Both the position numbers and the translations under genes were made by a program. The notes under the pieces are model-generated. The model made no database searches and had not been told where the DNA came from. It saw only the letters and a program-made list of their open reading frames with translations. Positions 24,401 through 36,600 of a DNA stretch of 64,000 nucleotides are shown piece after piece. The stretch's first letter is position 1, and each line of letters opens with the position of its first letter. Source of the stretch: Vicugna vicugna (Eukaryota); NCBI GenBank assembly GCA_013265495.1, contig MU058557.1:374001-438000 (forward strand), written 5' to 3'.

Positions 24401-25976
24401 GGGTATATGTGCAGGGGACAGGAGGCCCGGGGACACCAAGGACAGTGGGGTGCAGACCCGCCACCCCCAGGGCTTGGGACTAGAGGGACAGGAAGACAGA
24501 CAGACAGGCAGGCCGAGGTGAGGGCCTGTCAGGTGAGCCAGATTCGGTGTGATGGTGACCCCGTGCTGTGTCTGGAAACCTCTGGTGCCCCCAAGAGACT
24601 GCTGAAGGTAGGTCCCCAAAATATCACCCAAAGTGTCACCTGACGCTTCCAGTTGAAGAGTTGGTGGGTCTTTCTGGAAATTCTGGAACAAAAGATAAGG
24701 GTATTTGGCATCTATTTAGCGTCCTTGGGAGGAGTGATGCTCTGTTGGTGGGGACAGGGGTGTAGCAAATCCTGCTAATGCTGGTGGAACAGAGCCATAT
24801 GGGTTGATGGTTTCGGTTCTCCATGCGGATCCTGCTCCCTGGGGCTCCTGTGGGGAGAGAGCTGCCTTTGCAGGAGCTGACCCAACCTGTCCCCGGGGCC
24901 TCTCCCTCTGTCTCCCCTCTTTGTCTCTCCCCCAGACCCCCTCCCCCAGGTAGACCCTTTTCTCACCTGGGGGCAGTTTCATCCTGGGGCCTGGCCAGTG
25001 TGCACCCACCCACCTGCCTGGGACCCGCTCTTACCAGGTTGGGGGAACACTGGTGACAGTGTGTGCCCGAGGCCACACCTCCCATATCCAAGTGCTCCTC
25101 CTTGCTTAGGAACAGCCCGCAGCATCAGCAGGCACAGTGACCGCATGTCCCAGCCCCCCTGCAGCCAGGGGTGGCCACAGGACAGCATACCCAAGGAGAC
25201 AGGACCAGAAGTACTGAGTGAGGATCCTGGAACACCTCCTCAAAGGGGAAGGTCTGCACCATCCTCCACCGTCTGACTTCCCGACACCTGGAATGCAGGT
25301 GTGAAGGCTGGAGCTCACCAAGAGACCAGGAGGCAAGCAGGAAGGCCAAGGCCAGCCCCGAGAGAGAATGTCCCTGTATGTTCAGCACAGTTATCTGGGA
25401 ACTCGGAGGTGACGGATGGGCAGCCTGTCCTGGGCTGAACTAAGACACACTATAACTTTGTTGAAGCTGTGACCAGTGACTCATACTTAGAGTGCCCTGG
25501 TCAGAGGAACATGGGCTGGTAACAAGTTTCAGAAACACCACGCTCTTGGGGCGATGGCTTCTCAAAAGCCCCTTTCCTTTCCCAGCCTCTTCTTTCTCAG
25601 GGAAGCTCTCTCCGAAACTGCCCTGAAAGCCCCTTCCCCAGCTGGTGTCTGGGGAACTCCCGCCCTCGGAGGCGGGTACTGAGTCCCATGAAAACCCCCA
25701 GAGGCCCCGTCCCCTCCCCCAGCCCCTGAGTCAGCATCACTAAGGCCCCAAGGTGGGGGAGGCGGGGCTGGAGCCTGCTCCCTGGGAGAGGGGCAGAGGC
25801 TGGCAGTCAGGAAAGCTTGGAAGACTTACTGGAGGCGGAAAAACTATCATTGCAAGGCAGTGGCACTTGGCGTCGTGGGAGCAGACTGACACACACGTGC
25901 GACGAAGCAGGGCTCTCTCCAGGCACATGGTGTTTGGAGATCGATGGGCGGAAATTACCGTAATGACAAATCCAGT

Positions 25977-26094
25977 GGGGAGGGTAGAGCTCGGGTAGAG
26001 CACGTGCTTAGCACACACAAGGTCCTGGGTTCAATCCCCGGCCCCGCCATTAAAATAAATAAATGAATAAACCTAATTGCCCCCTCCCCAAAAA
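25977..26094 (+). mobile_element. tRNA-Ala-derived SINE (Vic-1-like)
   Basis: 'ggggagggtagagctcgggtagagcacgtgcttagcacacacaaggtcctgggttcaatcccc...aaacctaattgccccctcccc'. Confidence 0.9.
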
Positions 26095-26240
26095 ACAAAT
26101 CTAAAGAGGTGGGCTGTATAATCATCCCCACAGAGGTGGGGAAACGCTTTGTCAAACCCGGGACAATTTGAGTAGCCTCAGCAGTCATGATTGTGGTTGA
26201 CGGAAACACATCAGAGATGAGAAGGTCCTCGGGTCCTGGT

Positions 26241-26692
26241 CACGGGTGTTCACGGCAGCCAAAGTGGGGAGCAGCCCAGGTGTCCATCGATGGGTGAATG
26301 GGTGAAGAGGTGGCCCACCCACACGACGGAGTATGATTCCGCCCTAAGGAGGAGTGAAGTCCTGACACCTGCGCCAACCTGGGCGGACCTGGAGGACGCT
26401 GCGCTGAGCGAAGCAAGACAGTCACAAAAGGGCGTAGTGTACTGTTCTGCTCACACGGGGTTCCTGGTGCAGTTTCACAGACACAGAGTGGGGGGTGGGC
26501 GCCAAGGCCTGGGGAGGGAGGGGGAGTCGGTGTTTAATGGGGACAGAGTTTCAGTTTGGGGAGAGGAAAAAGTTCTGGAGGTGGGTGGTGGTGATGGGCA
26601 CACAGTGTGGGTGTACTTACTGTCACTGAGCTGTGTACTTAAAAATGGTTAAAATGGCAAATTTTATACAGGTGTAATTTACCACAATAAAA
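26241..26692 (+). mobile_element. L1MB-like 3' end
   Basis: 'gggacagagtttcagtttgggg...aaagttctggaggtgggtggtggtgatgg...cttaaaaatggttaaaatggcaaattttat...accacaataaa'. Confidence 0.85.
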
Positions 26693-26984
26693 GTCTCTGA
26701 GTCCTTAATGACACTTGGGGAGAGAAAGAATGAATCTAAGGCCCTGGCTGCCGCCAGAGGTGACCTGGCCTGCCTGGGGACACAGGTGGAAACATCACTT
26801 TACTGGAAAGTCACCACTCAGCTGACAAAGCGCAGTGGCTGCCCCCAGATAGGGGGTGGAAGTTGTGGCCCCGGGACCAGGGCCCGGGGTGCGGGACTGA
26901 GTCCACCTGTGACTTGCACTTTCAGAGGAGACGCCTTGTCACCGTGAGCTGCCTGCTGTGCTGTTATGACTTGTCAGGGCTTTG

Positions 26985-27720
26985 GGATCACTTCCTGGTT
27001 ACGGGGAACCACAGGTGATGGAGGAACAGGTTACATGAGGTTGGGAGGATCCAATCAAGCAAATCCTGACTTTTATGAGGCAACCAGCCAGGTCACTTCG
27101 AAATGTAAATATGGTGGCTTCTGGGGGTGGGGGCTTGCTTCCCAGGGAGGGAAACCCAGAGACGTGACGTCCACTGCAGTGTTCCATCCTTGCGTGGGCC
27201 CCGGTTTGAAACCACCTGGGGACGAGCGGGGTGGCAGGCGCTGGGCTGGCTGTCAGGTGGCGGGGGAGGGGTGGCTCTGGGGCGTGCAGGGCGCGCACTC
27301 GGCTTTGGAGGTGGACACGGAAGCCCCTGCGCGCGAGTCACGGGGCGGCGCCCAGCGTGGCCCGCGGTTCCCGTGAAGCCCGCCTGAGGACGTCTTCCCG
27401 CTCGTTGAACCGAGCGGGGGATTCGGGCTGGGTGACGGCCCTCCTCTTCTCCGGGAGCCGTGGGGAGGGCGGACACCTGCTGCCCAGGTGAGCACGTCGG
27501 CCGGGCAGGTGCCCGAGAGCATGCCCACTGCCCCTCTTGTGTAATTTCTCAGGCTGGAATCTGTGACCACATGACCTACTTAGCATGGTGGATAATTTCC
27601 CCGAGATGATGAAAATGATACTGCAGATGAGATAAATGAGGAAACCCTTCCGGGTTTCACAGGAACCTGGCGGGTGGAAGTCAGGACCACGGAACTTCTT
27701 GGGGAAAACGTCCCCTGGGG
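26985..27720. promoter_or_regulatory. Candidate GPR132 promoter/enhancer (ETS, RUNX, C/EBP motifs)
   Basis: CACTTCCT 26989, AACCACA 27007, TTGTGTAA 27537, GACCACA 27565, GAGGAA 27638, GGAAGT 27676, a CpG patch and donor-like CAG|GTGAGC at 27487/27488. Motif inference only. Confidence 0.4.
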
Positions 27721-30700
27721 GCATTATCAAAGGGGGCCACGGAGTCCCCTTCCTCCTGCCTGGAAGACGCTCAGCCTTCAGGGAATGCACCCAGCCCCTC
27801 CCAGACGTCTTCCCTCACACCTGCCTTGCTGGTCAGGAACTGTGTGTGGGCAGGGGCTGCGGTGGGCACAGTTACCCTCCCAGACCCCCTTGAGAGCCTG
27901 GGGAGTGGATTCAGCTGACCTAAGTCAAGTCCGCTGCCATCCCTGACCCAACAGCCAGTGCGCAGAGGGTGACAGCGGCCCCTGCTCCACGCCGGAGCCC
28001 GTCAGCTGGGTGTGGGGGAGCCCGGGAAAGCGCAGACCCCTCAGCGGGGGTTCAGAGGGAGCAGGTCCGGGGGGTGCCACCGATGGAGTGACAGCCGTCC
28101 CTCGTTATCTCTGGGGTGCCTGGCCTGCTGGCCGACGTGGCCTGGCCCCTGCCGAGGACCCCACTCTCTTGGACCCCGAAGCTGCCCTGCCCCCTCAGAG
28201 CCTCGGCTCCACCTGCTATGGCTCATTTGGGAGGGGCTGCCCTGCTCCTGAGCCCTGGGAGGCTGCGCTGCCCTTGGCAGTGGCCTGTGATGGATGCCTC
28301 AGGCCCTGGGCAGGTGTCTCAGGAAGGCTGAGGGGAGCCCTGTGCACAGGCCCTCTCCCCACATGGCACTCCAGGTGCTCTGAGCCCCCTCCACACTGAG
28401 AAATTGCTGTGCAGGGTGGAGCCCAGAGGGAGCCCTGGGTCACACCCACGTCCCGACAGACAGTGCAGAGTGGGGCCCGCCCACCCCGGGCTCCCCCAGC
28501 TGTGGACGCACCAGGCGCCTACTTCCCCTGCTGTGGTGCTGGGCACAGAGGGCCCCCAGATGTCAGGGGGTCTAGCCTTGCCCTGGGCTGAAAAGCCAGG
28601 ACCTCAGTGGCGGACACACGGAGGGCCCACAGTGCTCTGCCTAACCCCGGAACCCAGAACCAGCCTGTTGGGCCCAAGGTGGGCAGGCAAGGCCGTGGGT
28701 CACATGCAAGCCCCCAGCGTCTTCTGAGGACACTGGCCGTGAACTTTTGTCTGGGGTCTTGCAAGCCAGAGAGAGAGAGAAAGAGACACAGCCCTGCTAG
28801 CCAGCATGGACACTGTGTCCCAGGGGACCCCACGTGGCCCTTCACGTGGAAACCCACCCACAGAGCCACCTGGCCTGGCTGGCGTTGGCTCTGGGGACTC
28901 AGAGACAGCGCCAAGGGTGGGCGTGTTGGGCCTTTCCCCCACCGGGCACCACCCCCAGACGGAAAGGAGGCTGGGCTCCGTGTGAAATGGCTGGGTGCTG
29001 GGGGCAGGCGCTGTCCTGGGGCCGTGGCGGGCTGTTCTGTGCTGCAGTCCCATGGGTGTCCCTGGGAGGGCTAGGCTCTTGGAGGCTGCTCTGCTCTGTG
29101 CCTGCCTCACCAGCGAGGGGCCACACCAGCCTCTGTGTCCAGCCCCATTTGTCTGGGGACCCCAGGTGCCAGTAGCTTGTGTGAGCTGGTCCCAGGTCCA
29201 AGCCGCCTAGGAAGGCCCAGAGCGAACGCAGGTCTGGGTGTCGTCAGAACCATGAGGAGAAATGGGATGGGCCTCGCTTTCTGCCATCTGCCACCCAGGA
29301 AAGTGGTGAGGCCGCTGTCTCACCACCAGCAGGATGACAACCGAGCCGGGTTGGCCAATCCCAGGTCTCGCTCTGTTTGCGGTTAGGGGAGTTTCAGAGA
29401 GAACACACTTGGACCCTGGCTACTTCCTGAAAGCTCTCAGCTGCGTCTACAGAATGTGAGGCCGGCTGACAGGATGAGCTCAGAGTGAGTCCAGGGCCCA
29501 CGTGCTGGGAGCAGTCAGGGCCAGGGGGTGGGTCCTGAGAGCAGAGGCGATTCGTTGGTGTAAAGGTGGGGGCTTGGTTGAGGGTCTTAACCTGGGATCC
29601 TTCACCCAGAGAGACCCCAGGGCACCACTGACCACAAACGTGGTGGGGGGGGGAACTGGGGGAGGGGCAGCCCCCTGTTGTAGCTTTGGCGCCTCTGCCC
29701 GCCCTGAGATTTCCTCCAGCACGGTCCCCACCGGACGGCTGGCTGGGGCGGGAGGCGGGAGCTGGGGGCTGGCTTGTCCAGGGACCGTCTCCTCGCCCTG
29801 GTCCAGAAACTCCAGAGCTTCCTGGGCTGGTGCCATGTGCTTGCTGCTGAATCGCAGGCGTCTGGCAGGGTCGGGTGTAAGGGGCCTCTCACCCCGGCCT
29901 CCAGGGGCTGCCTGGGCCCGGTCACGTGGGCAGGAGTCAAGCCAGCAGGACAGCGGTGTCTCTGAGGGGTGGGCGGCCAGCCCGGTCACAGGGCACAGTC
30001 CTGGGGCACAGTGGAGTGTCCCATCAGTGTCCGCGGAGAGCGGCGGGCAGGGGCTGGCCACGGAGAATGGGCAGTGGGAAGGGTGGTTCTTCCGGGTGTC
30101 CCTCTGCCTGGACAGTGACAAGTGATGTCAGAGGACCTGCCAGGCGGAGCGGGGAGGACAGAGGTGGGACAGCAGATGTGTGTTTGGGGAGGGAGTTCAA
30201 CCTCATTAGCACTCAAGGAAATGCAGGTGTGTTTTAACTGGTGGTGGGAGGAGTGAGGATGGGTCCGGTCCCCCTGTGCTGGCGAAACAGAGGCCCCAGT
30301 CCAGCTGCCTCAGAGCACAGGTAGGAACTCAGCAGTTCCCTCCCCAAAGTTTAACCGATGCACAAGGACAGAAGTGAGGCCCAAGGTCTGGGTGTGAGGA
30401 GGAGGGAGCGAGAGATTGGAAAGAGCCCCAAAGGCCGGCAGTATTGAAATGGTTAAAGATGTTACAGCAAATCCACAAGATGAGAGCCAGATTCCAGGCG
30501 TCCTGGGGAGCCGCTCCTTAGAACCAGCAAGCGAAACCAGGAGGGCAGTGCTGGACAGGCTTCTCCTCTGCGCCTCTGTGCCTGTTTGCAATGGCCCACG
30601 GTGAAACGGTTGCAAGTGTATTTTAAATGCCGGGAGGGACACACGGCAGTCACAGGGCCTGGAGCACCTGGGGAGAGCACTGGGGGCCAGGTCACTCCAC

Positions 30701-30772
30701 CCTGTCCTGTGAGTGTCCACCGGAGCTCCTGTCCGGAAAACGGGCTTATTTACATAACAATGGATTGAAAGG

Positions 30773-31257
30773 GTCAGTGGAAATAATCAATGAACAATCT
30801 CTAGTAGGAAGAGAAGAGTTTTATTTGAGCCAAACTGGGGACTAGAGCCCAGGAGACAGCTCTCAGATGACGGGACCTGCTCTGGAGACGCAGGGTTTCC
30901 AGCACAGTTTGTATCTTGTCAGAACACGAACATTAAAGAAGTCAGGGATACATTCCCACAAGGTGCTGATAAAACCAGACCAGCAGGAACACAGGGAGTC
31001 AGCCCGGCCCGGCCCCCGGGAGGGGGTCGTCACGGAAGAAGGGCCAGTGCGGGCGTCCCAGGGCGGGAGGCGCTTCCGCTCGGACGTTCTCTGCTTCTGG
31101 TCAGTGCGCCCTTTTCTTTAATAATTAAAGTAGATGGACAAGGTATGTTTGGGCCACACACAGGCTGTTCTAGCATCAAATTCAAGTTGTCCCCTGTGTA
31201 AGCCAGAGTGATGCCCCCAGACTTCTGTGGGTGAATCTTCTTTCGTTAAAAGTAACG
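30773..31257 (-). mobile_element. ERV1-type solo LTR (MER41-like)
   Basis: 'gagttttatttgagccaaactgggga' (antisense polyA signal) and 'cccaggagacagctctcaga', with LTR-like length. Confidence 0.6.
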
Positions 31258-33659
31258 AGCAGACAGGCCGCAGGTGAGCGTGCGGGGGCAGGAGTGGGGC
31301 GGCACCTGGAAGCTGCTGAGGGGGCAGGGCTGGCCCTGCGGGGAGGAAGGTTTGGGTTGAAGGCCTTAGGGCTCGTAGAGGCACCAGGGTGGGGCCCAGG
31401 GCTGGCAGGGGCTGGGGCTGGGTCCGCCGGAGCCCAGGCCCGGGGAGGGAAGGGGCTTCAGGCTTCGTTCCACGGCCTGTGCCTGCCCCAGAGCCCAGGT
31501 CAGGGACAGAGACCCCGAGCCCACCAGGCCCAGGCTGGCGCTGTGGGCGTGGTGGGCTGTCCTCCCCGAGGCCTCGTGTGGGGTCTGTCCCTCCACCTGC
31601 CCCAGAGCTGAGACTGCCCAAAGGCAGGTGGGGACGTGGGACAGGTGAGGAAAGAGCAGGTTACTGTGTGTAGGCAGGCAGAGAGGACAAGGACCCAGGC
31701 CCACTGGACCCAGGCCGGCAAGAGCCCCAGCTGCCAGCGGGGATGGGCTTTGGGCGCTCTGGGGCTGGTGGAGGGGGGACGCCGAGAGGGGACAGTCCGC
31801 TGCTACCCCGGCCAGGCTCCTGCTCCACACCTAGGGCGCGGCTGCCAGGTGTCCCAGCTGTCAACCAAGGACGACACAAGACCCACTGACGCTGGGTTGC
31901 TCAGCTCATGGGTCAGGAGGACACACAGGGAGCAAGGACAGGGGAGCAAGCAGGAAGTGTCCGTGTCACTGGAGCCACGAAGACCCTGGGAGCGGGCCTG
32001 GGGCTGAGACCTGCAGCCGTGCTTCCATAGGGCAGGACCGGCCGGGACGAAGCCTGAAGACGGGATGAGCTCTGGGGAGCAGATGGCCCCGAGGCCAGGG
32101 GCTGGGCCGGGGAGTGGGTGGAGCGGTAGGTGCCCAGGCCTGTCGGCATGGGGGAGGGGCGAGAGAGGTGGCGAAGACTGCGCACTGGGCGTGGGGAAAC
32201 GCTCCCCTCTCCCGGGCCTTCCCACCACCTGGTTGCTCCGGCCTGGGCCTTGTGCGGGGGCCGCCGTTTCTTCGATGTGGTCCCTTCCAGCCCCCATCTC
32301 ATCCATCCAGGTGGACTGTTGGCCATCCATCCAGGGACGTGGCCCTGGATCTGGACATCAAGCTTTGTTCTGCACTGGCTGCACGGGGCAGGGGGGCAAG
32401 CAGAGGGCCAGCCGGTGCCCTCGGACGGATGAAGTGCAGGCCCCGGGGTCTGCTTCGCCCACCGCTGCTCTGCCCACGGGCCTCAGCCCGAGGGATGCAC
32501 ACTGTCGGTTGGGCCACTTCCTCCCGCTTTTGCAGAAGTGGCTTCTAGAAACATGGGCCCCGCTCTGCTCCCAGCTTCATCAGGGAGGAGGGTGCCGCGC
32601 AGCCCCTGGGGAAGGGGCTGTCCTCCAGCTTTCAGAGTCACGGTTCTGGGGAAGGAGTTGGGCCCAGGGTGAGGCCGGTGGTGCCCGCCCCCCGCTCCTG
32701 GGGCTCGGGGCCTCTGGACTGCTCCCAGCTGGGCTGGTGTCCTCACAGCTCATGTGGGCCACCCTCACGGTTGGAGACCCTCTAGACGCCCCCTTCCTCA
32801 GGCTTATCCCTCCCTCACCCCCGGAGCTGACGGCCCCCCCCAGGTGACAGCCCTCAGAGCCTTGGACCATCTCGTTGGAAGGCAGAGTTCCGCGCAGGGT
32901 CCTCCCAGGCCAGGTGTAGACCTCAGCCAGAGTATCTGCAGGAGTGGACCCCTCCCCACCTTGCGGGGGTGCTGGATGAGCCCCGGGGGCAAGGGTGGGC
33001 GGGGGGTCCTAGTGACCCTCCAGGCCCACCCGTGCTGGCAGTCAGGAGATGTCAGTTTCAAAAGTTTTCAAAAGGTCATTTTCAAAATGCTTGGGAGATA
33101 CCTTTCTTGATTCTTTCTTGCCTCAGCATCTTATCTTCACCTCTAGTTTTGAGGTCTTACTTACAAATTCTAAGTTTCAGTGAACTCTCTGTAGTTTCAC
33201 GTAAACATCTGGCTCTCTGTTATTTCCGGCTGCTAAAGTGCACTTGCCAAAGGAGGGCCTGAGGGGAATCTACCCGCCGTGCAGCCGCCGCTGGGGGCGG
33301 GGAGGGGTGGCTGCAGCGCTGGCTCCCCGTGGGGTGGGGTCTCCACCTGGCAGGTGGCTTGGGGTGGGGGCTGGGCCTGGCTCCAGGTGGGGGGGACTGG
33401 GGCACAGGTGGTGACACCTCTCTAGCCCAGCTCCCTGAGGAAAAAGTTAGAGCGCTTGCCTCCCCCAGACCCTATCTGGCTGGTAGAATGGAGCTTACCT
33501 CAGGGGCACCTCTGGTTAGAGAGGGCAGCTGAGAGACAGGGTGCCCGGAATTCCACCCCCCCCCCGCCAGCATCCGCTGTGCCCGCCTACCTCTGTGCAC
33601 TGAGGCCACCGTGATCACTGTCCCGGGGTCCTAGTCCCTTTCACAGGGGTGATGTCTAT

Positions 33660-34070
33660 GCACTTTGGATCTCAGATAATTACTTCACCAAGAAGAACTC
33701 CTAGAAAGGATTTTACCAGATCCAAAGTTAAGCATGTTGAAGATTTTTTAAGCCACGTTGCAAAATTGTGCTCCAAAACATTTGTGCCAGTTTGTGCTCC
33801 CATGAACACAGTAAAAGGTACCCACGTCTCCATTGTCTCGCCAACACTAAGAATTAAAGTTTTTCATTTTTGCCAACCTGGTAGGCGAGAAAAAGACTAC
33901 TATATGAATGTTTCTGTTTCTTTAACTACATAAGCGGAGTTGAGCATTTTTTGAAATTTTAGGAGCTATTTTTACTTCTTCTGCAAATGATCTGCTGATT
34001 GGCTTTGACCCTTCTATTTTTGTTGGCTTGTAGGAGCTCTTTACATATCAAGGATCTGCTGTTGTATCCC
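33660..34070 (-). mobile_element. Old L1 (L1ME-like) antisense fragment
   Basis: 'ctcgccaacactaagaattaaagtttttcatttttgccaacctggtagg...gttgagcatttttt'. Confidence 0.7.
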
Positions 34071-34186
34071 ACAGGATAAATACAAGACTTGGCATGTAGC
34101 AAATTTTAACTAACCATTCATCAAATGACTTAATTTGTAATTTAATCTGATTTCCCTAAAGCGATTTCAACCTACTCTCTCTCTAG

Positions 34187-34276
34187 GTCACTTTAAAACT
34201 CCTGGAGTAAACCTCTCGACAGGCATGTGGCATGTACTGCAGCGCCGCCAGGAGACTGAGCTGGAAAACATGCCAG
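34187..34276 (+). other. GPR132: GPR132 exon containing the start codon (mostly 5'UTR)
   Basis: Acceptor 'ctactctctctctag|gtcac' (AG ends 34186) and donor 'ATGCCAG|gtgaga' (GT at 34277). Confidence 0.8.
34270..34276 (+). CDS. GPR132: GPR132 first coding segment (ATG CCA G)
   Basis: aaacATG has A at -3. The phase-1 donor matches the phase-1 acceptor at 37595, giving MPGNGTS..., like the short human G2A isoform start MPGNAT (recalled). Confidence 0.8.
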
Positions 34277-35239
34277 GTGAGACCCACCCCCCCATGCCTC
34301 CTTCGGCTTCAAACACTCAGCAGGGAGCCGGTGAGAGTTTTGCTACAATGCACTTTGTTTCGTAACAGGGGCAATTAATGCAGAAGTTCACATGCAAAAC
34401 TAGATTTATCAAAATAAACTCGGAAACAGCAAAGCTGGAGGCCCTCCGCCAAGACGCAGGCAGCTCCCATTTCTTTATTCTCTTGAAGTGCTAGCGAACA
34501 CCAGCAGCAGGGCTGAGGGGCAGTCCCAGGCTCTGGGGTCCATCTGGGCCTCTGTCTGCCAAGGCCCAGGTACCCTGCAGAGACTCTCCCCTTCTCTGGG
34601 GACTCATCCATCCCTACTCAGGGGCTCTTTCCCCAGGAATCAGGGTCCTCTGTGTGCACTGTTGGTGGGTGCAGGGGCTCTCACCTGTCCGCCCAGGGCT
34701 GGTCACCGGGGGGCTTGGAGAGGTGGGGACTGGAGGCTTGGTGTGGCCGTGTGGCCCCGAGCAGGCGGCCTGTGACGGAGCCACACTCAGAGTCCAGTAG
34801 GTGCGCTGTGAGGTGGGGGTGGTGCTGGTGGGGGGCGACGGGGAGCAGGGAGAGAACCAGAGCCTCTCTGACGGCTGGGAGCTCACAGGCCTCACGAGGG
34901 CCTCCACCTGGGTTTAGGTCCCCTCACACTCTGCCCCCAGGGGTGTGTGACCATCGAGAGGGATGGGATGGAGACAGGGCAATGCTGGGGACCAGGGAGA
35001 GCGGCAGGCACTGTGGAGGACTTGTGTGTCCAGAGGGGAAGAGCCGCCCAGGAGGAGACCGCCCGTGCAAAGGCAGGGCGTCACCTCTCTCCCACCAGAG
35101 AAGCGCCCTCCATGGCCCGGGGCTCCCCTGGCCTCTCAGCCCCTCTGCTGGGCGGAGCCCAGCTCTGGCACAGAGAACCGACCACTGGGTCGGGGCACTC
35201 GCTCACACCTCTGTCCACGTGGAGAGTGGAGCTCAAGTC

Positions 35240-36055
35240 CCAGGGTGTTAGGGCAGTGGGTGGGGGGCCCAGAGAAGTGACCCCTCACACCCACTGGGAT
35301 GGCCACTGTCAAAACCAAAATACCAAGTGCCGGTGAGGACGTGAACAAACGGGAACCCTCGTGCACTGCTGGTGGGAACGTAAAAGGGACCGTGAGCCAG
35401 GGAGGACAGCGTGGGGGTTCCTCAAAAGCTTAAAAAAAAGGGTGGGGATATCGCTCAGCGGTAGAGCGCGTGCTCAGCATGCACGAGGCCCTGGGTTTAA
35501 TCCTCGGTGCCTCCACGGAAAACAAACCAACCGACCTAACTACCTCCCCCTCAAAGGAAAGTTTAAAAAGAGACTCACCGTGTGCTCCAGCGATCCCACT
35601 CCGAGCCACACACAAAAGAGGTGAAAACGGGTCTCGAGGAGGTATTTGCGCACTCGTGTTCACAGCAGCCAAAGTGTGGAAGCCGCCCAGTGGCCACGGG
35701 CAGACGACTGGGTAAACCTAGCGTGGCCCGTCCACATGCCAGGGTACCGCTCTGCCTTAGGTAGGAAGGGCGTCCGGACACGGGCCGGCACGGGGAAGCG
35801 TCCTGAGGACATGATGCTGAGGAGGACCTGTTCTTTATGACCCCTCACGCGGGGGGCTGGGGGAAGGGGAGGGCGTGGGGGTGAGTGCCCCCGTTCAGGG
35901 AACAGGGCTTCCCTTAGGGGCGAGGAGAGGGTCCTGGAGGTGGATGGTGGCGGCAGCTGTGCAGCCCTGGGACTGTGCTTAACACCACTGAACTGTGTGC
36001 TCAGAACGGTTAAGATGGCAGCTTTCACACTGTGGGTATTTTACTAGAATTTAAA
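35240..36055 (+). mobile_element. L1MB-like 3' region in the GPR132 intron, interrupted by a SINE
   Basis: 'gggaaccctcgtgcactgctggtgggaacgtaaa', 'gttcctcaaaag', 'ccagcgatcccactcc' and 'cttaacaccactgaactgtg...ggttaagatgg'. Confidence 0.8.
35440..35557 (+). mobile_element. tRNA-Ala-derived SINE (Vic-1-like)
   Basis: 'gctcagcggtagagcgcgtgctcagcatgcacgaggccctgggtttaatcc'. TSD aaagcttaaaaa (35425-35436) / aaagtttaaaaa (35558-35569). Confidence 0.9.
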
Positions 36056-36574
36056 CCCTGGGGAGAACAAGGGAGCGGCGCCACAGGCGCCAGGTGGGGC
36101 TGGAGGGCGCAGCGGCTGGACGGCAAGCGGCCGCCCCGCAGCGCCTGGAGCCAGAAGACGGGCTCCAGCGGGGCGGGGCTTCGTCGTCCCCAGGAAACCC
36201 CTCCAGAATTGGGGTGAAGGTGCATTTCGGGTGAACCAGAGCTGAGGGCAGGCTCTACTCACAGGGTTTGTAAGGGGTGCCCCGGGGGAAGGAGGGCGCG
36301 ACCTCAGGAAGGCAGGAGTGAAGGAAGGGAGCCCTGTGGCCGACTCACGGCCGCTGGGAGCAGGGACAGGTGGTGCGAGGTCACAGCCAGCAACCGCCGC
36401 GGGCAGCACCAGCACCAGCCGATGTGCAGGGTTAAACAGACAGAGGACCCGGCCCTGAGGTAACCGGACAGAGCCGCACACGTGCCAGACACGCGGCTTC
36501 GGGGTGACAGTGCCCCAGGGCTCCTGCCCGTTCCGGAGGGTGGCGGCTCTGAGTAACTCCAGACATTTAGACCC

Positions 36575-36600
36575 ACACACACACACACACACACACACAC
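36575..36600. repeat. (CA)n microsatellite
   Basis: About 13 consecutive CA units. Confidence 0.95.
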
